A DNA stretch of 64,000 nt from Glaucostegus cemiculus (taxonomy: Eukaryota), in contig CDPCPM010000281.1 of NCBI GenBank assembly GCA_976551045.1, forward strand, positions 10,478,001 to 10,542,000, written 5' to 3'. A model generated the notes under the pieces. It was not told where the DNA came from and ran no database searches. It saw nothing but the letters and a program-made list of their open reading frames with translations. Numbering within the stretch: the first letter of the stretch is position 1; each line of letters opens with the position of its first letter. Both the position numbers and the translations under genes were made by a program. Shown here one piece after another: positions 37,828 to 50,850 of this stretch.

Positions 37828-38033
37828 ATATCATTGACTAATGTTCACTTTACAATTGGTGCAACAATGAAGATGCATAATTCGCTAGGGGATGAGAGAC
37901 TTCCCTTTCATTGACTCATAGAGTTAAGGAATGTACAACTAAAGAGGCTAATTACTTAATTGTGCTTGTGCTGCTGCTAGTTCTTTATTTGGACCTGCCC
38001 ACTATAATCCATACCCCTGCCATATGCCTGTAT

Positions 38034-38600
38034 CATAGAGTCATATAGTAGTACAGGTCGGAAACAGGCCCTTCAGCCCACTATGTCCATGCTGAGCTTT
38101 TTGCCCATCTACACTAATTCAAAATGCCTGCCTAAGGTCCATGGATTTCTCTGTCTTGCCTGTTTAAGTGCCTGTCCAAATGTCTCTTAGGGTAGCGAAT
38201 GTATCTGATTCCACCACCTCCTCTGGCAGCGAGTTCTAGATATCAACTATTCTCTGTGTAAAAAAAACCTACCCCTCACATCCTCTGTAAAACTCCTTCC
38301 TTTTCCCTATTGTTTTTCAATTCTCATCCAAATCCAATTCCTTTCTAAACAGTTATATCTACAGCAAAGCATTTCATGTTCCAAAACCCCCCTGTATACA
38401 AAAAAATGTATTCAAACTTCCTCTTCATTCTTTAGTGACAATCCTTAGTCTGCACGTCTTTGTTACTGATATATCAATCCCATTTCTCCTCACAAAATCT
38501 TCCCCATTTTAACATTCTTTATTTAATCCCCTTTAATCTCTGTTTCAATCATTTTACTTTTCAGGCATTCCTTTATAATATTTCATCCTAACATTTTTCT
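38034..38600 (-). mobile_element. CR1 3' fragment(s)
   Basis: catagagtcatatag...aaacaggcccttcagccc tail on the minus strand. Confidence 0.75.
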
Positions 38601-41600
38601 AGGGAATCTGCAGCACATCCTTTCCACAAGGTTTTACATTCAATGAGATCTTTCTTCCCGATATCTATGCTGGATGAGCTAACAGGGTTTAGAATAAATG
38701 GTTAAAGTATTTTCCAACCTAAGTCCCATCTGCTAATGAGAGTAGGTAATAAAGCAATGGTTATAGTTCATGTATTAGAGTTGGATATTTTAACCAACAA
38801 TTCAAGACAATGCGGAAACTATGTAAAAAAAAAATTACATGCAAATTGTAAACAAAGTAAATGAGCAAAAATGTTGATAATTGTATCTCAGCCTGATTTG
38901 TGCATATGAACTGACCATGATTATGACACTTGGCTCACTTACGCTCTGATTAACATCCCACATCTTTCAGTGCTCTAAACTAAGGCTGTCGTACACATCT
39001 GCTGCTTTCAAAAATAGTTATTTCACTGAGGTCAGAGGCTAAAGCTGCATGATTAAAGTTATCTGTTAACAGCAGCCTTAAATCAAGAGCTGTTCAATCA
39101 GTCAAGCTTCTTACTATTCCCTGCAGTGGTACTGCAAGAACTTAGAGGGCACCTTGTCCAAAACAAAAACTTCACTCAACATTCACTGAGGTATCAGCTT
39201 GTGGATTGCAACCAGCAGCCTGTCTAAATTTTCCTGACAGCCTGGAACTTTGAAGTACATTTCTATTGATAGACTGTCTTTTAAAAATTAAGTCAAATAC
39301 TAAATAATGCATACATATCATAATAGACTTCTGTCCTTCAAATTTGCGAAGCAGTTACAATGATTATTAATATTTATATAAGCACAGACTAAATGCTACT
39401 TAAAAAGAATAATTTCCTTCCTTCCATTCCTTGGTCCATTATTTAGGTTGAAAAGGAAGGTAAGCAAGGTGTTCCTCATCTCTTCCAATGTTCTGTCAAT
39501 ATTCAAGCGGAGGTGTCTGAGAGCAGTCAAGTTAGCTCGATTGCTGCAACTCTCTGCGAACACTGAACTTCCCCAGTGAATGATTTTGGGAACTTATTAC
39601 TTTCACAAATATAAATGGCCTGCTGTGCTGCTACACTTACATCAGTGGTTTGTTTACAGTACTTGGATTGGATGAAGAATCTCCATGAGATGCCAGGCCA
39701 GATTTAAATATGTATATTATTTTTATTTTATGGATTAAACTGAAATTTCCATTTCTCTACTTTGAACCAAAGCAATTAATAAAATTTTGTATTTTTCGAC
39801 CACATATTTTAACATTCCAGGTCCTGAGTGCAATATCAAAAATTAGCTCCTGATTGGAAGACACACAAGTTTGAATCAGCCTATCAATTTCCAAATGGAC
39901 ACATTTAGTCCCAAATAAAATCAAAGCATGCACTCTCCTAAATGGTTGAGTCTAATAGCACTCTCTGTCACGTACACCTAATAGTACATCAATTTTAGAG
40001 AAGGGCTAAATACCACATTAAACCAAATATCCGTAAATCACTGTTCAACTTGCTTCACTCACAATTAGCTTTGTTAAAATGACACCTTGCTGTCTGCCTT
40101 GCCATTCGCATGCATTGAATGGCATGAAGTTCCTGTAGCTGCAAAAGGGATGTGAACTAAACTCACCAGGGTATTAAAACATGTCATTTCAAGTCTATGT
40201 ACCTTTTTAACAATAAGATACATATCAATTAACTTTTTAAACATCTTTCTTTCTCTTCATTCAATCTTTCTCACTCTTTAGTTTGCTTCTTGTGCCTGAG
40301 TTGACATTGAATTCTGCCACAGTTGTAAAATATGTAATTCTAGTCTGTAACACGTTAAGAAATTGGAGCATGTGACCAACACCTCTCTATACCTTGTTGC
40401 ACTGTTTCAATAATGGAAGCTTTCAGAGGCTGACTTCTTTTGTGGAAAGTCACTCGAAGAAATGCCTCTGTGCATGAGTATTGTTTTTCTAAATATTGCA
40501 CCTTTATTGTTAGTTTAAATTACATGCCACCCTCCAGTATCTTGGAGAAATAAATGAGGGAAGATACTGAGACAACTCCTCAGTCCTTCTGCTATTAATT
40601 TTCCAAACTTTCAATCTGATTAAAGAGCAAACCAGTGACTTCCTGGTTCATGCATGGACTCTTTATTCTTTCATTATTGCTAACATGTCTATTAACTTAT
40701 CATACATGGTTTGAAACTTCACATACACATCATTTGGACCACTGAAATCTGAAGTTCATTGGAATCAAGCTGGACTGAAATTACTCCCAAGTTTAACTAA
40801 CCTGCCAATACTACTGATGGGCTCTGATAGCAAAATATAAATGAATACCGGCTACAACACGCTCTAGAAGAATCATCTCTGAATGATGAAGTAATAATGG
40901 ACTCTGAAACCCAACAGGACTGGAGAGGTTGAGAGAAAATTGACAAACGAAAGATATTTTAAAATTCAACTTACGTTTAGGTACCAATTGGCACAGAATT
41001 TATTAGCCAACAAATTGACATAATGATTTTCAAACCATTGTGGAGTTTGGTAAATTAATTATCCATTGTAAGTTGCCCCTATTACATAAGTGAGTGGTAG
41101 AACCTGGAGCGAAATGATCAGAATGTGGGCAGAACAAAATAGGATTGGTGTAGGATTAATATAAATGATGATCTGTGTGGATTCTTTGGGCCAAAGGGCC
41201 TGTTTTTGTGCTGTATGACTCTATCATTCTGTAATTCTATTTGGACACTGCAGTGTGCTTACAGCTTCCCCAAATGAAATTACCCAAATCAAGTTCGATG
41301 ACAATTGGATGTGGGACCTTTTTGGTTTATAAGCTTTAGGAACAATTGGATTTAAGTGCAGTAACGTCTGGGCCTTGTACCTATGAATGAAATCTAATCT
41401 ACACAAAATTTTTTGGAAATGTGGGGACAATATCACAACTGAATTAGAAACTGAATCACTTAAAATATACTTATGCCAGGCTTAGATAGCTGAATTCTCA
41501 GGATACACTGAAGAACCCAAGATGGTTCATTCTAGGAATCAAAATGTTAGATGGAAATTTTAACTAGGGTTTTGATAAAGTCTAGGTAGTTGAACCCTAA

Positions 41601-43099
41601 TAGCAAATTCTCACTGCACAAACTCTATTGCAATTGTATGCAGATTTAAGTGTAGAAAATGAAAAGTGGATTGTTTAGGTTTGAGTATGTTAGACAAATG
41701 GAAAGAGTGCCTAAAGCAGCAGTGAAGCTTAGGGTAGGAAAACATGAAGGATGATTGACTAACAAGTTAATTCACAGTTACATAGTGCTTTATTATATCA
41801 GTTTCAGAGTGACCAAACTGCTGGATCAGTCGCTTAAATTTTGTTGATTCACTGATGGCCAACTGAAGCAATTCGTTTGTGCAGAGCAAGATTAATGTCC
41901 CACTAACAGCATATTGAATGACCAGGTTACTTTAAAAGGTGCTAGCTGAGGGAGGAATATCATCCAAGATAGCTGTAGCCTCATAAATGTTCCTCTAATG
42001 CTACCTAAACAGACCTAATAGCTCTTCTTATTAAATACAATATCTTTGATAGTGGAAAGTCTGTACCTGAGCATCCTGACTGAAGCAGTAGAAGGTGCTT
42101 TGTAGATATTTGCAGTAATGGGTAAATGAGAGTATTTTGGAAATGGCCAAATGGACAATGAGATTCCTGTGGGACTATATTTCCCATGCGTAATTTGATA
42201 TAAACAAATAAATACAGATTGAGGATCAGTATCAGAAACATCAAGAAGGGAAAGAACTGTTTAAAAGTCTTCTTATTAGTAACCAGAACTGAACATAAAC
42301 CCAACCACTTTCAGAGATTAATGCCATCACGAATTAATTATTGGAATTAATAGCCTTTTAATTTTTACATCAAGTAAACAGAGATGCTGGATGATACACC
42401 ATCATCTTTGCCCAAGCATTGAAAGGCATTTAGAAAGGCAGTGTGCAAAAACAGCTCAATTTACTCTGCATGAACAATATCTCAATCAGAAGCTTGGAAA
42501 TGCAACCTCTGCTTCACCATTGATATTTTCTATTTCCAGTAACTACCTTCCCAATGGTTCTGGGTGAAATCAATAACCTCCTGCCATTTACTGCTAAATT
42601 AGTTGTGCTATGACTCCACAGAGACTAAGAACTGGCCCAAACTGATTTCACATTGGATAGTTACTGCAAATAAGCAAAGGAGGTTTGCAGTCTATCAGTC
42701 ATGGCTTTGATTCCAGTACTATCATCTCCAATCCCATCCTATCATCTTATGTTATAGGCAAAGGCTGAGTGGACTATAAATCAAGCCACTTCCATGGTCA
42801 CACAAATTAATAAGCAGCCATGGATTGCAAAGTTGAACCTATAAGAGAAGCAATTATGAATTTAAGTAAATAATAACTCTCATACCATTGATCCTTTACA
42901 GAATACTTTGGTTTTATTAAAAACTATAAGTGGTTAACCAGGGAAGACAGATCAGGCAGTTGTGAAGTTGAGAGTGTTTATGTGGTCTCTTAGAATTGAC
43001 ATAAGATCTCTTTTTTCCTTCAAGTATGCCTTTATATGGCTTTCTACCCAAAGCTGTATGCTCTGATTGGTGAGTATGAAGACTTTGTGAAAACTGGTG

Positions 43100-44250
43100 G
43101 TGCAACATTGCTCAGCTGGTAAGTTGGGCAGACCAATGGGAGCTGGAATTTATCCCATGGCATATGAGGGTGATGCACTTTGGGAGCTCTATTATGAGGA
43201 CATACACCATGAATGGTAGGGCCCTGGGGAGTATTGAAGAATAGAGGGGTCTTGGTGTACAAGTCCACAGATTCCCTAAAGGTGGCAGCATAGGTAGAAA
43301 AGATGAAGGAGTCATATAGGATGCGTGCCTTCATTAGTCGAGACATAGAATATAAGAGCATGGCATACAACTTTATAAAACTCTGGTTAGGCCACAGCTG
43401 GGGTACTGTGTGAGGTTCTGGTTGGCACACTATAGGATGGACATGAAAGTACAGGTCGCCCCAGGTTACAAACACCTGACCTACGGACACTTCTGCATAC
43501 GAAGGAGCTCCAATATATTCTTAAATTCAGAAGTCCGATGTACGTACATACGTTTGTTCCTATGAATGGCACAATTAGGCTCCTCTGTCTTCAATTTTAG
43601 TAACTGTCCTTTCTTATCAGTCTCATATGTTTTTGATGCCATTCATTACAAAACTGCGGATGTGTGGTTACCATATTGAGTGATTTTTGTATATTTCCTG
43701 ACTTATGGACAAAATTGACTTAAAAATGGAACCCGTTCATTACCCAGGGATGGCCTGTACTGGAGAGGGTGCAGGGGAGATTCATTAGGGTGGTGCCTTG
43801 GATGGAATGTTTCAGTTATGAGGAGAGACTGGGTTTGTTTTCCTTAGAGCAGAGAATGCTGGCTGGCAGGGGTTGTAGGAAGGAACCTGATAGTGGTGTA
43901 CAAAATTATGAAGGACACAGATAAGGTGGAGAGTGAGAAACCTTTCCCCATAAAGGAGGTGTCTAAAATCAGACAGCATAGGTTTACGGGGAACAAAAGG
44001 GTTAGAAGGGAACTGAGAATTTTTTTTCACCCAGAGGGTGGCTGCACTCTGGAACACATTGCCTGAGATGGTGGTGGAGACAGGTACTCTTACAACATTC
44101 AAGCTGTATCTGGACAAACATTTGAATAGCCAAGGCAAGGAAGGGAATGGACCGAGTGCTGGTAAATGGGATTAGTACAGATGAATACTTGATGGTCGAC
44201 ATGGACATTGTGAGCTGAAAGGTGCGTTCCAATGCTGTATGACTCAAATG
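43100..44250 (+). mobile_element. CR1 3' fragment interrupted by a MITE
   Basis: Degenerate ORF2 C-terminus; the MKV|LERVQ region is split at a TA. Confidence 0.85.
43452..43757. mobile_element. Tc1/mariner (Tigger-like) MITE, 306 bp, TA target-site duplication
   Basis: TA|CAGGTCGCCCCAGGTTAC ... TTACCCAGGGATGGCCTG|TA. Confidence 0.88.
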
Positions 44251-44959
44251 CATCATTGAGGAAACAATTCTCACTTGCTGCTGAAATGCCATTTTTGATG
44301 CATTTTTTGATGAAAATATATATTATATTGTAAAGTATTCCTCCCATTCAAATTAACACTTATTATATTTTATGTTATAAATGCTCTGCGCATTCATTCC
44401 TTTTGCAAGTTAAAAAACTCTCCAACTGATACAATGAATGTTAATGATATGATCTCAACTTCTGGCTGTGAGACCCAAATGCAAGTAGTCTAGTTGCAAT
44501 GATTAATCGTGTCAACCCCAGGCTAAATGTTAATAATCATCAGTCATGAATGATTATTCATTTACTCCACACTACAAGGTTTTGTGTAACACCATGCTAG
44601 CTATATACAACTAGGATACAGTTCCCACTGCTGTTCAAACAACATTATACAAATTTAAGTCATTAGACAAACAGAAAATAAAGTGATCTTAATGTTAGGA
44701 ACTGCAACCTTTTAAGCAGCTGAACACTAAACCTGGTTTGAAAAGAATTGCTTCTTTGATAACAGCACAAAACCAACATTTTGTGAAGTATTTAGGAGTC
44801 CTGGCAAGCATATGGTCAGATTGTAGGCTATTGCCTAAAGCTCCAAACAAACAAGAAGTCACTCCTGCAGAATTAACTTACTCTTGCTCTTAATAGATGT
44901 TCTCCAGAATGTTTCATTTTATTGCATATTTCCAGTGGTTTCTAGATATTTTGTAATGC

Positions 44960-45250
44960 ACTTCCCATGGTTGGGGCATCAGAAACAAGAGGGCATACAT
45001 TTCAGGTGGGAGAAAGGAGTTCTAAAATGGAGTTGAGGGGAAAATATTTTTTTTTTTTACACACAGGGAATGGTTGATATCTGGAACGTGCTACCAGGAC
45101 AGGTGGTGGATTCGGATATAATCACTATGTTGGAGAGACATTTAGGCAGGCACTTGAATAAGCAGGGCACAGAAAGCTACAGAAAGTGTAGATTATCCAT
45201 GGATGTGGTGGACACAAGAGCCTGTTTCTGTGCTGTACGACTCTATAACA
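44960..45250 (+). mobile_element. CR1 3' fragment
   Basis: MVDIWNVLPGQVV plus tail gcctgtttctgtgctgtacgactcta. Confidence 0.8.
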
Positions 45251-45518
45251 CTGCAGCATCTGAGTGCAGCACCTTCCTAGGCACTTTTACATGTCACATA
45301 AAAGCATCACCGTACATAAAGAGCACTAAATTTAAATCATGAAAGCAAATATACTATGTGACTAAAGTGCGGTGAAAATGGAACTCTGTTTTCTTAAAGT
45401 AGATGCAATTTTGAAACACTTGCGAAATGCCATTGGATCAATGCCCAATGAACTTGCACAGATAATCAAAAACGAGTACCTTGCAAAAGTGTATTTCAAA
45501 TAATGCAGAGAAACAGTA

Positions 45519-45576
45519 AAAACCTAAAACAGCCATATACTTGAATCAAAACCTAAAACAGCCATATACTTGAATC
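45519..45576 (+). repeat. Perfect 29-bp tandem duplication
   Basis: aaaacctaaaacagccatatacttgaatc x2. Confidence 0.95.
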
Positions 45577-46034
45577 AACCAGCAGGTGTGTGGAGTATGC
45601 AACCCACATCCTACAGTGCTCACAGAATGCCTCCAATTGCATATTGATAGCCCAAGGGAGCCAGGTACAGTTCATGGGTAATTATGCATACATAACATTG
45701 CACTGGCAATTAACTAACAAGAGAAGCGGATATTCTTGCAAGAAGGAATAATTTCTGTGACTATGAGAAGAACAAAGAATGGAGATTATTTAGATAGTTC
45801 TTTAAAAGAGCCAGCATATACAAAATGAAGCAAATGGCCTCATGCTGTCTTGTTTTAGGAATTCCTGTGGTTGACGATTTTAAATCAGCAAAGGAAAACA
45901 AGTATTAAAATTAGGGTAACAAAATTTATTATCATATTCCATATACAATCATCAACTTATGTTAAGGCAATGGAGTAAAACTCAAAACATTTACTGCCCT
46001 GACAGAGGAGATGATATTCCAAAGCCAAATGAAA

Positions 46035-46240
46035 ATCAGAAAAGTATGGATGCTAGAAATCTGAAGTAAACTGAAAATGTTTGAAACACTCATCAGGTCA
46101 GGCAGCATTCGTGGAACAAGAAACAGAGTTAATTTTCAGGTCTGACAAAGGGTCTTGGACCTGAAATGTTCACTCTGTTTCTCTTTCCACAAACACTGCC
46201 TTTCCAAGCTGTGGGTATCAGCATGTTCTATTTTTACTCC
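46035..46240. mobile_element. Palindromic Penelope-derived mini-element with a central hammerhead remnant
   Basis: Arms ggcagcattcgtggaacaagaaacagagt and actctgtttctctttccacaaacactgcc flank CTGACAA-agggtcttggacct-GAAAT-GTT (46142-46170). Confidence 0.75.
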
Positions 46241-47071
46241 AATGACAAAATCTGACATTTATAACTGACACAATCAAAAACCTGGTCTAAATCTTGACAT
46301 ACTTTGCAGTTTTTAGGCTTTCTCTGGGATATGAAGTCTGCTCCTTGCTGTCACTATATAAACAGGAGCACTGGCTGAGGCAATCCTCTGCCTCAGACAT
46401 TCCCATTCCTCAGGCTGTGCGAGGCAGCTTCTGGGGGAAGGGGTCAAAATTAGATAAAAGGAACATTATGTATGAAAATTCCACAGATTCAAGATCCAAT
46501 AATGACTGCCATACAACCTTTCCATTAAATGTGTGATATACAATCCTGGCCTCAACCTTGTATGAATTGAGTGAGAGGGAAAGATCGGACACTGTCCCTC
46601 TGCCTGGTTGCCAGCCTGTGTTGGAGCTGGTTACAGAGGGAAAAAAAATCAATAAGGATTCAGATGAGGATAATTTTCTGGGCAGTTGGCCACAACAGGA
46701 AAATTGAATAAAAATTAAACCCAGGGAAAGTAATATACACAAAACTTAGCCAATTATATTAGTTACATTTTTATATGCCCTTGTCAATTGACAGCTCTTT
46801 GGGTTAAGGACATGTTGCATCATCTGATAGTGATGCATGCAATGTCCTATTCTGCACACTTGTACAAGTAAATTCCTTCAATATATTCTCAAACTAAAAC
46901 CCCTTACATTCCTAGCACATAGCTGCTCCAAAAACCAGTAAAAACTGTGCATGTTGTCTCTTCCATCCTGTGATACCAAAAGTAAGTTGTGATTGGAATG
47001 AAAAGACAAAATACTCAGCAAATTAGGCAGCACCTGTGGAGAGAGAAAGAGATGAATCCAACTGAATAGTT

Positions 47072-47290
47072 TCAGCATCCAGAAATGTCTTTCAGCTTTT
47101 TCCTTTGGAACCGGATATCAACAGGATCAAAACCTCTCTGCTTAGCTCCAAAGAGTGCCCAGGCTGGTGTCTTTGCCATGTAATCTTCTGCAGAGAATAC
47201 CTTGGTGCCATTGTTCTCCTCATACTCTTTGGTGAGATGCTGAAATTGGTTGTAGTCTATCCAAGTCCACCATTCTCCATTTACTTTGAA
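47072..47290 (-). CDS. TYW1: TYW1 terminal coding exon (72 aa plus TGA); absent from the ORF track
   Basis: Hand translation after acceptor cttcttttag gives FKVNGEWWTWIDYNQFQHLTKEYEENNGTKVFSAEDYMAKTPAWALFGAKQRGFDPVDIRFQRKKLKDISGC*, matching the vertebrate TYW1 C-terminus. Confidence 0.96.
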   Translation of the reverse strand, partial: FKVNGEWWTWIDYNQFQHLTKEYEENNGTKVFSAEDYMAKTPAWALFGAKQRGFDPVDIRFQRKKLKDISGC

Positions 47291-47789
47291 CTAAAAGAAG
47301 GAACAGCAGGAAAAAAAATTAAATACAACTATTCAAGTGTAAGATAAACCATAAAAATCTGCAGTATAGTCAAATTACAACATTTTGAAATGGTGGTTAA
47401 ATGATATCCATTAATGATTATAATTTGTTATATACCACCAAAACAATAAGTATCACTGTATCAGTCCAAAGCTTCAGATTCAAGCAAGTGCTGACCAAAT
47501 ACTGTTATTAACCGAGATTTCAATTTAGCACGACCAAGTTGAGAGATAGGAGAAAATTCCTGCTTCTGGATATGATAAAGAAATAATAACTTGCAATGTT
47601 GTAATGGCTTTAATAGCTGGAGGGCAATTAAGAGTTTTTGAAGTGCAGTCTTTGATATAATTTAAGCAAATACAGCAGACAATTTTCAAACAGAAATATG
47701 ATAAACAACCACATAACCAACACTGGTAAAGCAGATTAAGGTAGAAGTATTGTCTGGGTCACAAGGGGAGCTCCCTGCCTTTCTGACTA

Positions 47790-48540
47790 AGGCCATTTGG
47801 GCCCTTGAGTTTGGTCCACCATTCAACAAGATTATGGCTGATCTTCTACCAGCTTGCTGCCCCATCCCCATACCCCTACTGTAATCTACTGGTCTGTTTT
47901 GAATGCACTTGATAACCAAGAATCCACATCCCACTGGGGTAGAGAATTCTAAAGCTATACCATCTTCCAAGTGATGAAATTTCTCATCTTTTCAGTCCCT
48001 TATAGCCTACCATTTATTTTGAGACCGTTGCCTCTAGCTCTAGAGTCCTCAGCCAGGGAAACATTCTTCCTGCAACTGCTCTGTCTAAGAATTTTGTACA
48101 TTTCAGTATCACCTCGCATTCTTCTAAAGAGAATAGAGGAGTTCTCTGGTTTAATCAATCTCCCTTCGTATGACAAACCTCCTGTCCAGGAACCAGGTTG
48201 GTGAGTATCCACTACACTCTCTCTGTAGCAAATATATCAGCACGCTTTACTCTCATAATCACACTTCACACTTCCTATACTGTACCCCATCTACCATGTT
48301 GTTGCCTGAAGATATAAAGAGGTTTTAAGGGGTAGACAAGCTATAGCTTGTCTATATCCCCTTGAAGTCTCCTTGCATCTTCATCAGTACTCACACCTGC
48401 ATTTTATTAAAACAGATTATGAATAGTTGGGGCCTAAGCACTGATCCCTATAGTACCCAAATTGTCATAACCTGCTGACCTAAGAGAAACCTATTTATTC
48501 CTACTCCACATTTTTTATCTGTTAACCAACTTTCATTTCA
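47790..48540 (-). mobile_element. Degenerate CR1 fragment in the last TYW1 intron
   Basis: Minus strand RRMRGDTEMYKILR..SRARGNGLKING, with tail ggccatttgggccctt at the left. Confidence 0.8.
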
Positions 48541-50639
48541 TCTCTTGTTCAGAGCTTGATCTATTGACCTTTTGACTTGGAGGCAGAAGTTCCATTATTA
48601 AACAAAGACTGCCAAATTATTGGGCAATTAATTGCAAATTCCAAATGACGAAACAATGGATAACAGCCAGGTAGTGTTGGGCTTGGGGAGAATGGAAGTG
48701 GATGCCAGTGTTAATGATGTAGCTCATGAAAATTAAAGTGTTGGAGCAGGCATCCTTTAACTTTCCTTGTAAGTGAGGAATGCACTGGTGAAAAGAGAAT
48801 GGGACATCAATCCATAAAATATGGCACTGGGATAACCCAGGAAATTAATGGCTGGTCAATGAAAGTCCAATCCACGGAAAGCGGTGGTGGGGGGGGTATG
48901 TTTTAAAGAAATGAATAAACTACTGCCTGCAGAAATGTGGAACTACAAAATTATGAAAGGGGAGCTCCCACAGGAAGATGATCATCATGGGCTAATGGCT
49001 TTCTTTTGAGAAGATAAACAAATGGACATCAGGGGTGGGGAAATTTTAACAACAGTTTTCAGCAAAATCCTGTATGTTCCTGAAATGGAACAAAATTGAT
49101 TGAAAGAGAAACAGAAGGCAGGTGTGCATGGTGTTGGAGCTGGATCAGAATGAAAGGAGGTAAATAACATGTCCTTCAGGATCAGCTGCTAAGGCCACAG
49201 CTGGTTACAGTAAACATGAAAGACTTGCTCTGGCTGCCAAATAATAGAACCAAGCTGTTCAAATACAAAAGGGTTCAATGGACAGGGATGATAGGCCGAT
49301 TACTTTCAGATTTTATTTAATGTGAACAAATACAAAAGCATGAAATTTACAATGGACAATACACAGTTGCAAAATAAGCCAATAGTATTTATTCTATATC
49401 ACATGCCAGTTACTTGCAAATACTGCGGGTGCACAGAAGAGAAACACTGGCCACTATTACAAGTGATCCATGCATTGGAGAGGGTGTATCCCAAAGAAAC
49501 TAAACTAAAAGCTGGGATTTAGTTGAAGAGGCTTGGTTTGCTTACTGAAAATATTGACATTTATTGTTATATTCTACATGTGGTGTACCTATATGGCCAG
49601 TTAGATAGGTTACGTTAACCTAGCCTGGAGCCTTAATCATCCTTGTGAGGGACAGTTAGTTATATTGTAAGTATCCATGCAGTGCGATAGCTTTCAATTT
49701 CCCATGGTCAGCTCATTTTAATAGTTAATTATCTCTCCAAAGTGTTGGTCTTTTGAATGAGAGTCAGCCCAACAGGAAAGGTGCTAAATCTCTCTACCAG
49801 GTCTAATTTACAGGGTGCACTTCTCATGGAAGTCATCAGAGCAGCACAAACTTCCCAGTTTTCAGACTGAGAAGCCTTCCCATTGAACCCATGCCAAACT
49901 AACCTGGCACAGGCACAACAGGACCATTAAAACAAATGGGAAAAAATCAGCTGTCAGTCTCCAAAGCTTTATGTTTAATGTAATTAAATTGGTTCAAATG
50001 TTTTTAATCATTTTAAGCGTGTTTGTGCATGTGTATATTTAGTCTTCTGACTTTTAAAATAATTTTTATAACATTATTATATTTCAACAGGCCCTGTGTG
50101 ATTTTCAATGCTTGTGAATGTCAAAAGATTCCTGCAAACATTTGTGAAATGACAGCTTTGATAGTCAGTGAGCCGTGGGCTGTTGGGCAAGACCGCACTG
50201 ATCATTATAGCCATTCTATCCACACAGCCAGTTACTTGCCCTGGGAGAGGCCCTATGCTGACCTAAACCTCCGTGATGCACTGAGGTCTGATTCTCCCAG
50301 TAAGACTGCATCCTGGGCCGCAAGTCATCTCAGGGCAACAGAAGATCTGCCTCAATTTATCCAAAGAACATTGCCAAAAATGGTACACATCAAATCTCCT
50401 AAGTTTCAGACTAATTTTCTTACAGACTTGCTTTCACTGAGAACAGGATATATCCCATTTGTAAGTCTTTTCAGGTAACGAGGTGACTTGATTTTCAAAT
50501 GGATACCCAAATGACACAGACACAAAGAAGTAAGGCTCAAGTGTAAATAGATATGGGGAAAAAAGAAGCCATCAATGCTTACAGCTGGAACAGGGTCCCA
50601 TTTAAAGGAATTGATTAGCATGGTTAAAAAGAGGCAGCC

Positions 50640-50850
50640 AAAAAACAAACTGCTGGAAGAACTTATCAGGTCAAGCAGCATCAACAGAGGCAAAAGGATT
50701 GTTGACATTTGGGGTCAAGACGGTCCTGATGTACAGTCACAACCTGAAATGTCGACCATCCCTTTGCCTCCATAGCTGATGCCTGACCCACTGAGTTCTT
50801 TTAGCATTTTGTTTTTTGGCTCCACATTCCAGCATCTGCAGTCTCTTGTA
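50640..50850. mobile_element. Palindromic Penelope-derived mini-element with a central hammerhead remnant
   Basis: Arms gaggcaaaaggattgttgacattt and aaatgtcgaccatccctttgcctc surround gtcCTGATGTacagtcacaacctGAAATGTCgac. Confidence 0.75.

Noticed and set aside
1-46000. CALN1 exons expected from synteny
   Set aside because: I could not find the MPFHHV or EF-hand peptides by eye; non-coding exons cannot be excluded.
46782-46793. 12-bp palindrome tgtcaattgaca in the presumed TYW1 3' UTR
   Set aside because: Palindromes of this size are expected by chance in 64 kb.
45900-47071. TYW1 polyadenylation site
   Set aside because: No unambiguous signal near the stop, so the 3' end cannot be placed from sequence alone.
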